Shown: in pieces, positions 1 to 10,033 of the stretch
Layout of the letters: every line of letters starts with the position of its first letter
Position numbering within the stretch: the first letter of the stretch is position 1
Source: an uncultured Smithella sp.
GTDB lineage: Bacteria > Desulfobacterota > Syntrophia > Syntrophales > Smithellaceae
Length of the DNA: 64,000 bases
Reading direction: 5' to 3'
NCBI GenBank assembly: GCA_964469905.1
Contig: CAYXZW010000001.1
Coordinates: 134,783-198,782, forward strand
Made by a program: the position numbers and the translations under genes
The notes under the pieces: generated by a model
What the model was told of the DNA's origin: nothing
Database searches by the model: none
The model's input: only the letters and a program-made list of their open reading frames with translations

Positions 1-236
1 TGGAGAATGTAAATTTAAAATTTACTGACGGTGCTCTGCGCGCTGTGGCCAAGCTTTCCATGGAGAGAAAATCCGGCGCCCGTGGATTGCGGTCTATTCT
101 GGAAAATACCATGCTGGAAGTAATGTATGAAATTCCTTCTCAGCGTGACATTAAAGAATGTGTTATCAATGAAGAAGTGGTTACCAACAACGAGAAGCCA
201 ATTCTGATTTACGAAACAAAATCCGAATCAGCTTAA
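1..236 (+). CDS. clpX: ATP-dependent Clp protease ATP-binding subunit ClpX, C-terminal fragment (5' end outside window)
   Basis: Frame 3 is open from the window edge ([46 protein letters not shown]...). This matches the conserved ClpX C-terminal region, and lon follows as in the usual clpX-lon arrangement. Confidence 0.85.
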   Translation, partial: ENVNLKFTDGALRAVAKLSMERKSGARGLRSILENTMLEVMYEIPSQRDIKECVINEEVVTNNEKPILIYETKSESA

Positions 237-256
237 GAAAATATATGGAATAAAAA

Positions 257-2665
257 ATGTTTGATCAAAATAATATGGCCAATGAAGAAGAAAAATCAGT
301 AGTAATCCCGCTGTTGCCGTTAAGAGACGTTGTAGTTTTTCCACACATGATCGTACCTCTGTTTGTCGGACGCGAAAGATCCATTGCCGCTTTGGAATCA
401 GCGATGAAGTACGAAAAAGGCATTTTTATGGTCGCTCAAAAAAATGCCAAAAAAGATGACCCGACTGAAGAAGATATCTACAGCGTTGGTACGATTGGTA
501 TTATTATTCAGCTTTTGCGTCTCCCTGATGGAACGGTTAAAGTACTTGTTGAAGGTAAGATGCGCGGGGAAATCAAAGAGTATTTACCGAATGATGATTT
601 TTTTCTCGTTAAAATAAATGAGATCAATGACATCGACGATCATAATGATGTAAAAAAGCAAGCGCTGATGCGCAGCATCAAAGAATCTTTCGAGCTTTAC
701 CTGAAATTAAGCAAGAAAATTCATGTCGAAATGATGGGTACAATTGCTGCGATTGATGAACCTTCCAAGCTCGCTGATGTAGTTGTCACTCATCTTAATG
801 TGAAATTGGAAGACAAGCAGAAGATCATGGAGATATTCAATGTTACTGAACGTCTCGAAGCAATTTACTCTCTGATGCTTTCGGAAATTGAGATTCTGCA
901 AGTTGAAGAAAAGATCAAGCGGCGCGTCAAAAAGCAGATGGAGAAGACGCAGAAGGATTATTATCTCAATGAACAGATGCGCGCTATTCAGAAGGAAATG
1001 GGCGACAAGGATGATTTCCGCAATGAAATAGTTGAACTGGAAAAGCGTCTGAAACAGAAGAAAATGTCGGAAGAGGCGACAAAAAAAGTCCGGCAGGAAA
1101 TAAAAAAATTACAGATGATGGCGCCTATGTCCGCAGAAGCAACGGTTGTAAGAAATTACATCGATTGGCTGCTAGACATGCCCTGGTCGGAAAAAACGGA
1201 AAATAAATACACTTTAAAAGAATCAGAAGCTATTTTAGAAGAAGACCATTACGGATTAAAAAAAGTTAAAGAGCGTATTATCGAATATCTTGCCGTACAA
1301 TCGCTGGTGAAAAAGAATAAGGGGCCCATTCTTTGTCTGGTCGGGCCTCCAGGAGTGGGTAAAACATCGATTGCCAAATCGGTTGCCCGGGCTACAAATA
1401 GAAAATTTGCACGTATATCTCTGGGTGGTGTGCGTGATGAAGCGGAAATACGCGGCCATCGCCGCACGTATATTGGTGCCATGCCCGGGAAGATTATTCA
1501 ATCGCTGAAGAAGACCGGTTCTAACAATCCTGTTTTCTGTCTTGATGAAGTGGATAAACTGACCTCCGATTTCCGGGGTGATCCTTCTTCTGCGCTGTTG
1601 GAAGTTCTTGATCCGGAGCAAAATTTTGCTTTCAACGATAATTATCTCGATGTAGATTATGACCTGTCGGATATTATGTTTATTACGACAGCAAACGTTT
1701 TGCAAACTATTCCGGCGCCTCTGCAGGACAGAATGGAAGTAATCCGTATTGCCGGATATACAGAACAGGAAAAATTGCAGATTGCCACGAAATTCCTGGT
1801 CAGCAAGGAAATGGAGGCCAATGGCTTACAGAAAGATAATGTTGAATTTTCCAAGGGGGCGTTGCTGAGAATAATCCGTCAATATACACGGGAAGCCGGT
1901 GTGCGTAATCTGGAAAGAGAAATTGCCTCTGTTTGCCGCAAAATAGCTAAAGAACTGGTTAGCAACGGTATCAAGAAAAAAATAAGCATTGCTGCTAAGT
2001 CGATTCCCAAATATCTCGGAGTCCCCAAATTCAGACATGGTGAAACAGAAGGTAAAAATGAAATTGGACTTACTATCGGTCTAGCATGGACTGAAGTTGG
2101 CGGCGAGCTTTTGGCTATTGAAGCTTCAATAATGGAAGGTACCGGCAGGATGGTTATGACCGGAAAATTGGGCGACGTTATGCAGGAATCAGTTCAAGCT
2201 GCACTAACTTATATTCGGGCAAGAGCGGAACAATTCGGTTTACCCAAGAATTTTTATAAAAAAATTGACATTCATGTTCATGTTCCTGAAGGAGCGATTC
2301 CCAAAGATGGTCCTTCAGCAGGTATTGCCATGGCCACAGCAATCGCTTCCGCTTTAATGAAGAAGAAGGTTAGATCCGATTTAGCCATGACCGGCGAAAT
2401 AACATTGAGAGGACGAGTATTGCCGATTGGAGGATTGAAGGAAAAAATTCTCGCTGCTCATCGTGGTAATATCAAAACCGTTATTATCCCGAAAGATAAT
2501 GAAAAAGACATCGCGGATGTACCGCAGAATGTGCAGAATGCTCTGGAAATTATTTTTGTTGAACATATCGATGAAGTATTGAAAATTGTATTCGTTCCGG
2601 AAGAAAATAATTTTATTAATGCTTGTGCAACAGAGATGCCGGCAGGTAATCCAGCTGTGAACTGA
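257..2665 (+). CDS. lon: ATP-dependent Lon protease
   Basis: 802-aa ORF with N-terminal [12 protein letters not shown], Walker [10 protein letters not shown] and the Lon catalytic-Ser motif [11 protein letters not shown]. An alternative start at 275 (MANEEEK) cannot be excluded. Confidence 0.95.
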   Translation: MFDQNNMANEEEKSVVIPLLPLRDVVVFPHMIVPLFVGRERSIAALESAMKYEKGIFMVAQKNAKKDDPTEEDIYSVGTIGIIIQLLRLPDGTVKVLVEGKMRGEIKEYLPNDDFFLVKINEINDIDDHNDVKKQALMRSIKESFELYLKLSKKIHVEMMGTIAAIDEPSKLADVVVTHLNVKLEDKQKIMEIFNVTERLEAIYSLMLSEIEILQVEEKIKRRVKKQMEKTQKDYYLNEQMRAIQKEMGDKDDFRNEIVELEKRLKQKKMSEEATKKVRQEIKKLQMMAPMSAEATVVRNYIDWLLDMPWSEKTENKYTLKESEAILEEDHYGLKKVKERIIEYLAVQSLVKKNKGPILCLVGPPGVGKTSIAKSVARATNRKFARISLGGVRDEAEIRGHRRTYIGAMPGKIIQSLKKTGSNNPVFCLDEVDKLTSDFRGDPSSALLEVLDPEQNFAFNDNYLDVDYDLSDIMFITTANVLQTIPAPLQDRMEVIRIAGYTEQEKLQIATKFLVSKEMEANGLQKDNVEFSKGALLRIIRQYTREAGVRNLEREIASVCRKIAKELVSNGIKKKISIAAKSIPKYLGVPKFRHGETEGKNEIGLTIGLAWTEVGGELLAIEASIMEGTGRMVMTGKLGDVMQESVQAALTYIRARAEQFGLPKNFYKKIDIHVHVPEGAIPKDGPSAGIAMATAIASALMKKKVRSDLAMTGEITLRGRVLPIGGLKEKILAAHRGNIKTVIIPKDNEKDIADVPQNVQNALEIIFVEHIDEVLKIVFVPEENNFINACATEMPAGNPAVN

Positions 2666-2679
2666 ACACTATTTATCAC

Positions 2680-2708
2680 TTGACAAGTATTACCATTGTT
2701 GCTAGAAG
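2680..2708 (+). promoter_or_regulatory. Candidate sigma70-type promoter for the tRNA-Val/tRNA-Asp pair
   Basis: TTGACA (2680-2685), a 17-nt spacer, then TAGAAG (2703-2708), about 25 nt upstream of the tRNA-Val 5' end. The -10 element is weak (4/6). Confidence 0.3.
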
Positions 2709-2732
2709 CCTCACAATGTTTTTGGACATTGA

Positions 2733-2808
2733 GGGCGGGTAGCTCAGTTGGGAGAGCGCCACGCTTACACCGTGGATGTCACAGGTTCAAGTCCTGTTCC
2801 GCCTACCA
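2733..2808 (+). tRNA. tRNA-Val (anticodon TAC), CCA encoded
   Basis: Hand-folded 76-nt cloverleaf. Acceptor GGGCGGG/TCCGCCT has two G-U pairs. D arm is GCTC..GAGC, anticodon stem CCACG/CGTGG with loop CTTACAC, and T arm ACAGG-TTCAAGT-CCTGT, ending in ACCA. Confidence 0.9.
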
Positions 2809-2844
2809 TAAAAGTTGAGTTACAGATTTTAATAAAGATTTTTT

Positions 2845-2921
2845 GGGGTCATAGTTAAGTTGGTTATAACGCCGGCCTGTCACGCCGGAGGGCAGGGGTT
2901 CAAGTCCCCTTGGCCCCGCCA
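2845..2921 (+). tRNA. tRNA-Asp (anticodon GTC), CCA encoded
   Basis: Hand-folded 77-nt cloverleaf. Acceptor is GGGGTCA/TGGCCCC, anticodon stem CCGGC/GCCGG with loop CTGTCAC, and T arm AGGGG-TTCAAGT-CCCCT, ending in GCCA. Confidence 0.9.
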
Positions 2922-2931
2922 GAAAATCAAA

Positions 2932-2965
2932 GGGAGTCAGCTGATATAGTGACTCCCTTTTTTTT
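2932..2965 (+). terminator. Rho-independent terminator after the tRNA pair
   Basis: Stem GGGAGTCA (2932-2939) pairs with TGACTCCC (2950-2957) and is followed by T8 (2958-2965). Confidence 0.7.
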
Positions 2966-3096
2966 GAGATCATCCCAAAAAACATGGTGGATTGCTATTT
3001 CATGGCTGGATTATAGAGATGATTAAAGCATTTCCATGGACTTGCATTTTTAAAGGTAATCTAGTAATTTTATAATAAAAAAGAGGAAAGAAAAAA

Positions 3097-3969
3097 ATGG
3101 ATTATGAAGGAATGATAATGAGACCTCCCAGTGAGGCCTATAGTTTGTTAATACAGGTAACGACCGGTTGTTCTCATAATAAATGCACATTTTGCGGAGC
3201 CTATCAGGATAAAAAATTCAAAATAAAATCTTTAGATATTATAAAGAAAGATCTGCAAGAAGCGCGCTCCTATGGACATGTGGAAAAAGTATTTTTATGT
3301 GACGGAGATGCGCTGATAATACCCCAGGCCAGACTCGAAGAAATGCTGCAGTTAATTAATGCTTATCTGCCCAGTGTTAAAAGAATCGGCACATATGCCA
3401 ATGCCAAAAGCATATTGAGGAAATCCGTTGATGAACTTAAAATATTAAGAGAATTGGGTTTGAAAATAATTTATCTCGGCGTGGAAACGGGCAACGTTGA
3501 ACTGTTGAAAAAAGTTCAAAAAGGCGCAACTTACGAACAAATGGTCGAGGCGGCACAAAAGGTAAAGCAAGCTGGTATTATACTTTCCGTTACTGTGTTG
3601 ATCGGGTTGGGTGGAATAGAAAAGAGCATTGAGCATGCAATAGATACTGGCAAAATATTGACTGCTATGGATCCTGAGTATGTAGGGGCTTTGACAGTAA
3701 TGCTTGTGCCGAATACTCCACTTGCTCTTGATTATCAGGCCGGTAGATTTGTTCTTCCGGATAAATTTGGTTTTATAAGAGAATTATATTTGATGATAGC
3801 TAATTCCAATTTTACAAATTGCTTTTTTACATCCAATCACGCATCCAATTATTTGCCAATCAAAACATATCTGCCGCGGGAAAAAGAAAATATTTTAAAG
3901 ATGATCAGTTCGGTAATTGACAAGGAAGATATAAGCAGGTTAAGGCCGGAATCATTACGTGCTCTATAA
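3097..3969 (+). CDS. Radical SAM protein, function unknown
   Basis: 290-aa ORF with the canonical CxxxCxxC cluster motif in TTGCSHNKCTFCGAY, followed by a TIM-barrel-like GDALI / YLGVETG pattern. There is no B12-binding domain. Confidence 0.75.
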   Translation: MDYEGMIMRPPSEAYSLLIQVTTGCSHNKCTFCGAYQDKKFKIKSLDIIKKDLQEARSYGHVEKVFLCDGDALIIPQARLEEMLQLINAYLPSVKRIGTYANAKSILRKSVDELKILRELGLKIIYLGVETGNVELLKKVQKGATYEQMVEAAQKVKQAGIILSVTVLIGLGGIEKSIEHAIDTGKILTAMDPEYVGALTVMLVPNTPLALDYQAGRFVLPDKFGFIRELYLMIANSNFTNCFFTSNHASNYLPIKTYLPREKENILKMISSVIDKEDISRLRPESLRAL

Positions 3970-3972
3970 ATA

Positions 3973-4809
3973 ATGGGAGTTTCATTAATAATGATCAACA
4001 GGCAAAAGTATTTATTTTGGCAGAGTCATGAATATATAAAACAGGAAATTGAAACTGTCCTGAAAAAAGCGCAAAAATTCGGCTTAATGGACAAGTCTTC
4101 AAAAAAAATGATCGACAATATTTTAGATTTCACACATATTCTCGTTCGCGAGATAATGATTCCCCGTACCGAAATTCGAGCAGTAAGCACACAAGCGACA
4201 ATAGAGGAAATAATAGCCGAAGTAATAGAATCGCGACATACACGAATTCCGGTTTACCGCGATACAATCGACAATATTATCGGAATTTTAAACGTTAAAG
4301 ACTTGCTTGTTTTCTGGACAAAAGAAATTACGAAAGAAGACATCTTAACAATCCTGACAAAACCCTACTATATACCGGAGACAAAAAACACCCATTTGCT
4401 GTTCCAGGAATTAAAAGAGAATAAAAAACATATTGCCATTGTGATTGACGAATACGGTGGAACATCCGGCTTGGTGACTCTGGAAGATTTATTGGAAGAA
4501 ATTGTCGGTGAAATTCTTGATGAGCATGAAACAATCACCGCAGCGGATGGAATTTCTCCCGCAGCCGACGGGTCTTTGGTTGTTGACGGCAGAACGGAAA
4601 TTGAAAAGATTGAGGAGTATTTAAATGTCAGCCTGGAAAAGGGAAGGTATGAAACTCTCAGTGGGTTTATTTTAAATTCAACCAAGAGAATTCCTTTGAC
4701 CGGAGAAAAATTCCAAATAGAAGGTTTAGAAATATTGATAGAAAATGCCGATGAGCGGAGTATTAAAAAAGTAAAAATCAGGCTAAAAGAGAACCTTAGT
4801 GGTCGATAA
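3973..4809 (+). CDS. corC: CBS-pair plus CorC/HlyC C-terminal domain protein (CorC/YbeX-like Mg/Co efflux-associated protein)
   Basis: 278 aa. The pattern VREIMIPRTE...RIPVY...IIGIL..KDLL...HIAIVIDEYGGTSGLVTLEDLLEEIVGEI is typical of YbeX/CorC. It lies directly upstream of lnt, as in the ybeX-lnt arrangement. Confidence 0.85.
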   Translation: MGVSLIMINRQKYLFWQSHEYIKQEIETVLKKAQKFGLMDKSSKKMIDNILDFTHILVREIMIPRTEIRAVSTQATIEEIIAEVIESRHTRIPVYRDTIDNIIGILNVKDLLVFWTKEITKEDILTILTKPYYIPETKNTHLLFQELKENKKHIAIVIDEYGGTSGLVTLEDLLEEIVGEILDEHETITAADGISPAADGSLVVDGRTEIEKIEEYLNVSLEKGRYETLSGFILNSTKRIPLTGEKFQIEGLEILIENADERSIKKVKIRLKENLSGR

Positions 4810-6388
4810 AAACATCAAAATAAAAGAAAAAGAGTTTGCCTCTTATTCGCCCTTCAATAAGGCATTGTCTTGGGATGCCATTTTCTTAGCAGTCATCAGC
4901 GGAGTATTGCTTTTTTTCTCTTTTCCCAAATACGGTTCCGGCTGGCTGGCTTGGATTGCCCTGATTCCATTATTCCGGGCAATTAAGGATGTTGTTTCTA
5001 TAAGGCAGGGCTTGCTGCTAGGGTTTATTACCGGATTAGTCTGTCATGTCGGGTTGATATATTGGATTACTTATGTTGTAGTTAATTATGGATATCTGCC
5101 CGTATATACGGGAATTATTCTAATGCTTTTGCTGGCTTGTTACTTGAGCCTTTATACAGCAGTATTCACTGCGGGCATAGTGTTCTTCCGGCAAAAAATT
5201 GTTCTATACGCTCTGGCTCCAGTTTTATGGATTTGCCTGGAGTATTGTAAATCTCACCTGCTAACTGGCTTCCCCTGGGAGAATCTCGGCTATTCCCAAT
5301 ATTTGAATAATAATCTTATTCAGTGTGCCGATATTTCGGGTGTTTTTGGTCTATCGTTTTTAATTGTTCTGGTTAATGCTGCATTATTTGAAGTTATTGC
5401 TGGTAAATCAAAAAAGAGATTTGTATTAGCAGGCGTTGTTTTTTTTATCATTGCAGCTGTATTAATCTACGGAGCCCAGAGATCCCGGCAGGTTGATAAG
5501 GTTTTGCAGAACGCTGCGCAAACAGAAGTTTCAATAATCCAGGGCAATATTGATCAATCCATAAAATGGAATGAAGGTTTTCAAAAAGAAACCGTTAATA
5601 TTTATGAACGGCTTTCCCTGGATAATGCACCGGCAACAGGAGGTTTAATCGTCTGGCCGGAAACGGCATTGCCCTTTAATTACCAGGATGCAACTCATCT
5701 GCAAACGCAGGTTCGTAATATATCTCTGAAAACAAAAAGCTGGTTTGTCTTTGGTTCCACCAGCTATGAAAATACCGTTAATGATACAAATTATTATAAC
5801 AGCGCTTATCTCTTATCACCGGCCGGTGCAATATCCGGTAGGTACAATAAAGTTCACCTTGTTCCTTATGGTGAATATGTTCCATTGCGCAGCGTTTTCC
5901 CTTTCATTAAAAAACTCACTGCGGGCATGGGTGATTTCAGTACCGGAGGCGGTTATTATCCATTAACGGCGGATAGCCGAAAAATTGGAGTTTTAATTTG
6001 TTATGAAGGAATCTTGCCTTTTGCCGCAAGAGCATATAAGAAAGAGGGCGCGGAGTTATTGGTGAATATAACAAACGATGCCTGGTTTGGCGCTACCTCG
6101 GCACCTTATCAGCATTTCTCCATGTCTGTATTTCGGGCAGTAGAAACAAGACTTTATCTGGTCAGAGCCGCCAATACGGGAATCTCGGCAATTATTAATC
6201 CTAATGGCCAAATTGTTGCCCAGACAAATATTTTTAAAAAAGCGGCAATCAAAGAAATTGTTAAATATTCCAACATGCAAACCATCTACGTTCAATACGG
6301 TGATATCATTGTTTTTGTATGCTTTGGATTAATTATTTTATTTTTTGCATTAGTCCTAGGGAAGAGGAGGATAAATCATGGCAGTTGA
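4799..6388 (+). CDS. lnt: Apolipoprotein N-acyltransferase
   Basis: 529 aa with a multi-TM N-terminus, a C-terminal nitrilase-like domain (WPETA..., catalytic Cys context VLICYEG) and a final TM. GTG start overlaps the corC end by 11 nt. Confidence 0.9.
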   Translation: MVDKNIKIKEKEFASYSPFNKALSWDAIFLAVISGVLLFFSFPKYGSGWLAWIALIPLFRAIKDVVSIRQGLLLGFITGLVCHVGLIYWITYVVVNYGYLPVYTGIILMLLLACYLSLYTAVFTAGIVFFRQKIVLYALAPVLWICLEYCKSHLLTGFPWENLGYSQYLNNNLIQCADISGVFGLSFLIVLVNAALFEVIAGKSKKRFVLAGVVFFIIAAVLIYGAQRSRQVDKVLQNAAQTEVSIIQGNIDQSIKWNEGFQKETVNIYERLSLDNAPATGGLIVWPETALPFNYQDATHLQTQVRNISLKTKSWFVFGSTSYENTVNDTNYYNSAYLLSPAGAISGRYNKVHLVPYGEYVPLRSVFPFIKKLTAGMGDFSTGGGYYPLTADSRKIGVLICYEGILPFAARAYKKEGAELLVNITNDAWFGATSAPYQHFSMSVFRAVETRLYLVRAANTGISAIINPNGQIVAQTNIFKKAAIKEIVKYSNMQTIYVQYGDIIVFVCFGLIILFFALVLGKRRINHGS

Positions 6389-7509
6389 AAATATTCAAGA
6401 AACGATGAATGATCTAAAAAGGCGCATTTCATTTATAGGGGAATGTCTTTGACGTTCCGGAAATGGAATTAAAAATCAAAGATATGGAGATGTTGTCGTT
6501 AAAAAGCGATTTCTGGGATGATCAGGCCAAAGCCCGTGAAATGTTACAGAAGAAGACCAAACTGGCCGAAAAGGTAGATAATTGGAAAATATTCAGTAAT
6601 AATATTAATGACATCGAGCATCTGCTCGCAATAGCACTTCAAGAAAAAGATGATCAGGTACTGATAGACTTAAGCGCTGAATTAGATCATTTAGATTCTC
6701 TTGTTCGTCAGGATGAGTTGAAAATGATGCTCTCTTCAGAGCAGGATCCAATGAATGCGATTATGGCCATTAACGCCGGAGCAGGGGGGACAGAAGCTCA
6801 AGACTGGGTGGAAATGCTGCTAAGAATGTATTTGAGATGGGCGGAAAAAAGAGGATTCACAACAAATATTATTGATACTCTGCCTGGAGATGAAGCGGGA
6901 ATTAAAAGCGTATCCTTTACTCTGGAAGGAGAGTACGCTTATGGTTATGCCAAAGCGGAAATCGGCATTCATCGTCTGGTACGTATTTCCCCATTTGATG
7001 CCAGTGCCCGCCGTCACACTTCCTTTGCTTCTGTATTTGTCTATCCGGAAGTTGATGACGATATTGATATTGAAATTGATGAAAAAGAGTTACGTATAGA
7101 TACATTCCGCGCCGGTGGCAAAGGCGGGCAACATGTAAACAAGACAGATTCTGCAGTTAGAATTACCCATTTGCCTACAGGCATTGTTGTTCAATGTCAA
7201 AACGAACGTTCGCAGCATAAAAATAAATCAATGGCTATGAAATATTTAAAATCAAGGCTTTACGAAAAGGAACTGCAACAGAGAAATGATAAAATAAAAG
7301 AAGAAAATAAGCTGAAAAAGGATATTGCCTGGGGTAGCCAGATTAGATCATATGTTCTGCACCCCTATAAAATGGTCAAAGATCACAGGACAAATTTAGA
7401 AAATGGAAATGCCGGTAGGGTGCTAGACGGAGATATTGATGAATTTATTCAAGCTTATCTAATGAATTCGACAACTAATCAGGAAACTATGTCTGCCGGT
7501 CACGATTAA
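6378..7509 (+). CDS. prfB: Peptide chain release factor 2, requires programmed +1 frameshift at 6450
   Basis: Frame-0 ORF ATG 6378 ... ATA GGG GAA TGT CTT TGA (stop at 6450-6452). The +1 frame continues GAC GTT CCG GAA ATG... into the 348-aa track ORF, which carries RF2 motifs (SPF in RISPFDA, GGQ in GKGGQHVNKT). Confidence 0.9.
6435..6453 (+). promoter_or_regulatory. prfB autoregulatory +1 frameshift site (SD-like GGGG, slippery CTT, in-frame TGA followed by C)
   Basis: The sequence ATAGGGGAATGTCTTTGAC parallels the E. coli AGGGGGTATCTTTGAC site. The UGA-C stop context and the CUU P-site codon are both present. Confidence 0.85.
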
Positions 7510-7585
7510 ATGTATTTTTTTTTGGGAAAAACGTTAAAGTGTGCTATAAGACCGCTTTCGATCATATGTTAACCAATGCCACGGA

Positions 7586-7601
7586 AGAGGGTTTTCCCTC
7601 T
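7586..7601 (+). terminator. Weak hairpin downstream of prfB (possible terminator)
   Basis: AGAGGG-TTTT-CCCTCT forms a 6-bp stem with a tetraloop, followed by GCATTTCTGG, which is only modestly T-rich. Confidence 0.25.
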
Positions 7602-7639
7602 GCATTTCTGGAACTCAAATAAGTAAGGAGCCTTTGTTC

Positions 7640-9352
7640 ATGGTAAAAATAAAAAGTTCTATAGTTGTCACTAGTGTTGCCTTTTGTTTGTTTCTCCTCT
7701 TACCTTCCTTTGGCAACGCTCAAATTGCAATGGATAAAGTATTTGCCGAAAATAAAATCATCAATCCCGACCATCAGACAATAACCAGAAGCGAAGATAA
7801 AAAGACCCCTGTTGCCAAAGAAAAAACCGATAACCACCACGTGAAGAAGACACCATCTCCTCTGTCATTGAAAGAAGAGCAGGAGGAAGATGAACAGGAC
7901 ATGATGGAAAAAGCTCTGGATCTAATGGAAGTTGCTGACGATTACTGGGAAAAGGGAGATGTGGAAAACACAGTCAACATGTTGGATAAAGCATATGCTT
8001 TGATTCTTGATACTAACGGAGACCCTGCAGTTGCCCGCCAGAAAGATGATTTGCGTCTGCTAATATCAAAACGGATCTTGGCGGCATATTCGTCGAAGCA
8101 AACAGTAACAAATGGTAAAGCCAGTGAAATTCCTCTGATTATGAACCCTGATGTTGAGAAGGAAATTCGTTCTTTTCAAAACTATGAGCGCAATTTCTTT
8201 ATTTCATCGTATCAGCGATCGGGAATGTATCGTCCTATAATACTCAGAGAATTGAAAAAGGCAGGAATACCCGAAGAGCTCTCCTGGCTACCGCTGGTGG
8301 AAAGCGGCTTTAAAATACTGGCCCTATCGCGGGCGCGTGCTCTCGGTCTTTGGCAATTCATCCCTTCTACAGGCTATAAATTCGGCCTCAGCCGTGATGA
8401 ATGGATTGATGAGCGCATGGATGTGGAAAAATCTACAGAAGCCGCAATTGCCTACTTGAAGGAATTGCATGGTATGTTCGGAGACTGGCTGACAGTACTG
8501 GCTGCCTACAACTGCGGTGAGGGAAGGGTGTTGCGAGTTATTTCGCGTCAGCGCATCAATTACTTTGACCGTTTTTGGGACCTGTATAGAAACTTGCCTA
8601 ATGAAACGGCCCGTTACGTTCCCCGGTTTCTGGCTACGCTGCACATAATCAAAGATCCGAAGAAATACGGCATGGATTTGGGAAGCGATATTGAAAAGCC
8701 AATTGCTTACGAATTTGTTAAAGTTAATAAAATCATGAAACTTCAAGATATTGCGACTAAAATTGAAGCTCCTGAAGAAACATTGTATTTGCTTAATTCG
8801 GAGTTGCGCCACAAAATAACACCGGACAAAGAATATGATTTAAAAGTTCCCGTCGATTACGTAGCCAAATTTAATCTGGTCGTCGGTGAGATACCGGAAA
8901 CTGAAAAGCCGAGATTTCTTTCCAGTCGCACTGTATCCGCAAAGCACAGAGTAAAGAAAGGCGAAACCGTAGCATCCATTGCTAAAAGATATAATATTTC
9001 CGCTTCCACGCTTGCATCCTATAACAACATCAGCGCCAACAAAAAATTGGCTGTCGGACAAAAACTGAATGTGCCTGTGGTTCAGGTAACCCGCGTAGCG
9101 AAGAGCAAACCTGATTCAAAATCAAAGAAAAAAACGAGTACATTAGCCGAGACAAAGCAACATTATAAAGTTAAACAAGGAGACACTCTATTATTAATTT
9201 CCAAACGCTTTAATGTTCCTGTCGCTCAGCTCAAAAAAATTAATAATTTAAAGAGTAATTCCATCCGTGTTGGCCAGATATTAAGACTCTCCAAGGCTGA
9301 TACAGGCGATGTTTCCGAAGAAAAAAGTAATGCAGACAAAAAAAGCAGTTAG
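7640..9352 (+). CDS. Lytic murein transglycosylase with two C-terminal LysM domains (MltD-like)
   Basis: Signal peptide, then an SLT catalytic region (WLPLVESGFKILALSRARALGLWQFIPSTG...AYNCGEGRV) and two LysM repeats (HRVKKGETVASIAKRYNIS...; YKVKQGDTLLLISKRFNVP...). I prefer ATG 7640 (GGAG at 7627-7630) over the track's TTG at 7634. Confidence 0.85.
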   Translation: MVKIKSSIVVTSVAFCLFLLLPSFGNAQIAMDKVFAENKIINPDHQTITRSEDKKTPVAKEKTDNHHVKKTPSPLSLKEEQEEDEQDMMEKALDLMEVADDYWEKGDVENTVNMLDKAYALILDTNGDPAVARQKDDLRLLISKRILAAYSSKQTVTNGKASEIPLIMNPDVEKEIRSFQNYERNFFISSYQRSGMYRPIILRELKKAGIPEELSWLPLVESGFKILALSRARALGLWQFIPSTGYKFGLSRDEWIDERMDVEKSTEAAIAYLKELHGMFGDWLTVLAAYNCGEGRVLRVISRQRINYFDRFWDLYRNLPNETARYVPRFLATLHIIKDPKKYGMDLGSDIEKPIAYEFVKVNKIMKLQDIATKIEAPEETLYLLNSELRHKITPDKEYDLKVPVDYVAKFNLVVGEIPETEKPRFLSSRTVSAKHRVKKGETVASIAKRYNISASTLASYNNISANKKLAVGQKLNVPVVQVTRVAKSKPDSKSKKKTSTLAETKQHYKVKQGDTLLLISKRFNVPVAQLKKINNLKSNSIRVGQILRLSKADTGDVSEEKSNADKKSS

Positions 9353-9480
9353 CGATTTAGCAGAGATATCTTCATTAATTTGAATATAGAAAGCAGCATA
9401 ATGAGTCGTCCTGAAGAAAGGGCAGATCTTTCCGCCACAGCACAAAATCATTATGCAAGCTTGTTGCTTTAACTCTCGTT

Positions 9481-9508
9481 ATAAAAGAAAAGGCCTGGAA
9501 AACCAGGC
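9481..9508 (-). terminator. Rho-independent terminator of the phoH-pgpH-ybeY operon
   Basis: On the minus strand: GCCTGG-TTTT-CCAGGC followed by CTTTTCTTTTAT, 30 nt downstream of the ybeY stop. Confidence 0.5.
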
Positions 9509-9539
9509 AGGGGTTGTCAATAATAAGCATTCCGTTTTA

Positions 9540-9977
9540 TTAATTCAGAAATACGAATAATTCCTTTTCTTTTTTGCGCATTTTCCTTGCTTCATCTGGA
9601 GTCGTGTTTTCATGGTCGTAACCCAGCAGATGCAATAGTCCATGAATGATCAGAAAGTTTATTTCCTGATCAAAAGAAATATTGCCTTTCAATGCATTTG
9701 TCTTTGCCGTATCAACAGATATAACTATATCACCTAGAATATCCGGATTAATGTCTCCGAAGTCTCCCTCCTGTAAACAGAAGGAAAGAACATCCGTCGG
9801 TTTATTTTTATTTCTATACTGGTTGTTTAAATCTTGAATTATTTTGTCATTAACAAAGGAAAGACTGATTTCTTTATCTGCACAATCGAGGTATCTTAAA
9901 AGCTTTGCCACTTTGCTGCGAATTATTCGCCTATCGATTTTAATTTTGTTCTGATTATTATCTATCTGTATTTTCAT
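9540..9977 (-). CDS. ybeY: rRNA maturation endoribonuclease YbeY
   Basis: 145 aa with the zinc-binding signature HGLLHLLGYDH. Confidence 0.9.
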   Translation of the reverse strand: MKIQIDNNQNKIKIDRRIIRSKVAKLLRYLDCADKEISLSFVNDKIIQDLNNQYRNKNKPTDVLSFCLQEGDFGDINPDILGDIVISVDTAKTNALKGNISFDQEINFLIIHGLLHLLGYDHENTTPDEARKMRKKEKELFVFLN

Positions 9978-10033
9978 TATTTTCTTTTTTCCCGTCAGGG
10001 GACGTTACGAAATAACCACCCATACCTTTCTAA

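Noticed and set aside
1256-1705. Long antisense ORFs inside strong genes (also 8324-8812, 34619-35086, 40826-41689, 49416-50201, 53064-53447, 53975-54322)
   Set aside because: All lie fully within, and opposite to, genes with unambiguous family motifs (lon, mltD-like, hom, ftsH, the histidine kinase, yitJ-like). Their translations are low-complexity and motif-free, so they are typical shadow ORFs.
9401-9472. A 23-codon ORF (MSRPEERADLSATAQNHYASLLL) in the mltD-like/ybeY intergenic region
   Set aside because: It has no Shine-Dalgarno sequence and no supporting structure or conservation that I can assess. It is indistinguishable from a chance ORF.
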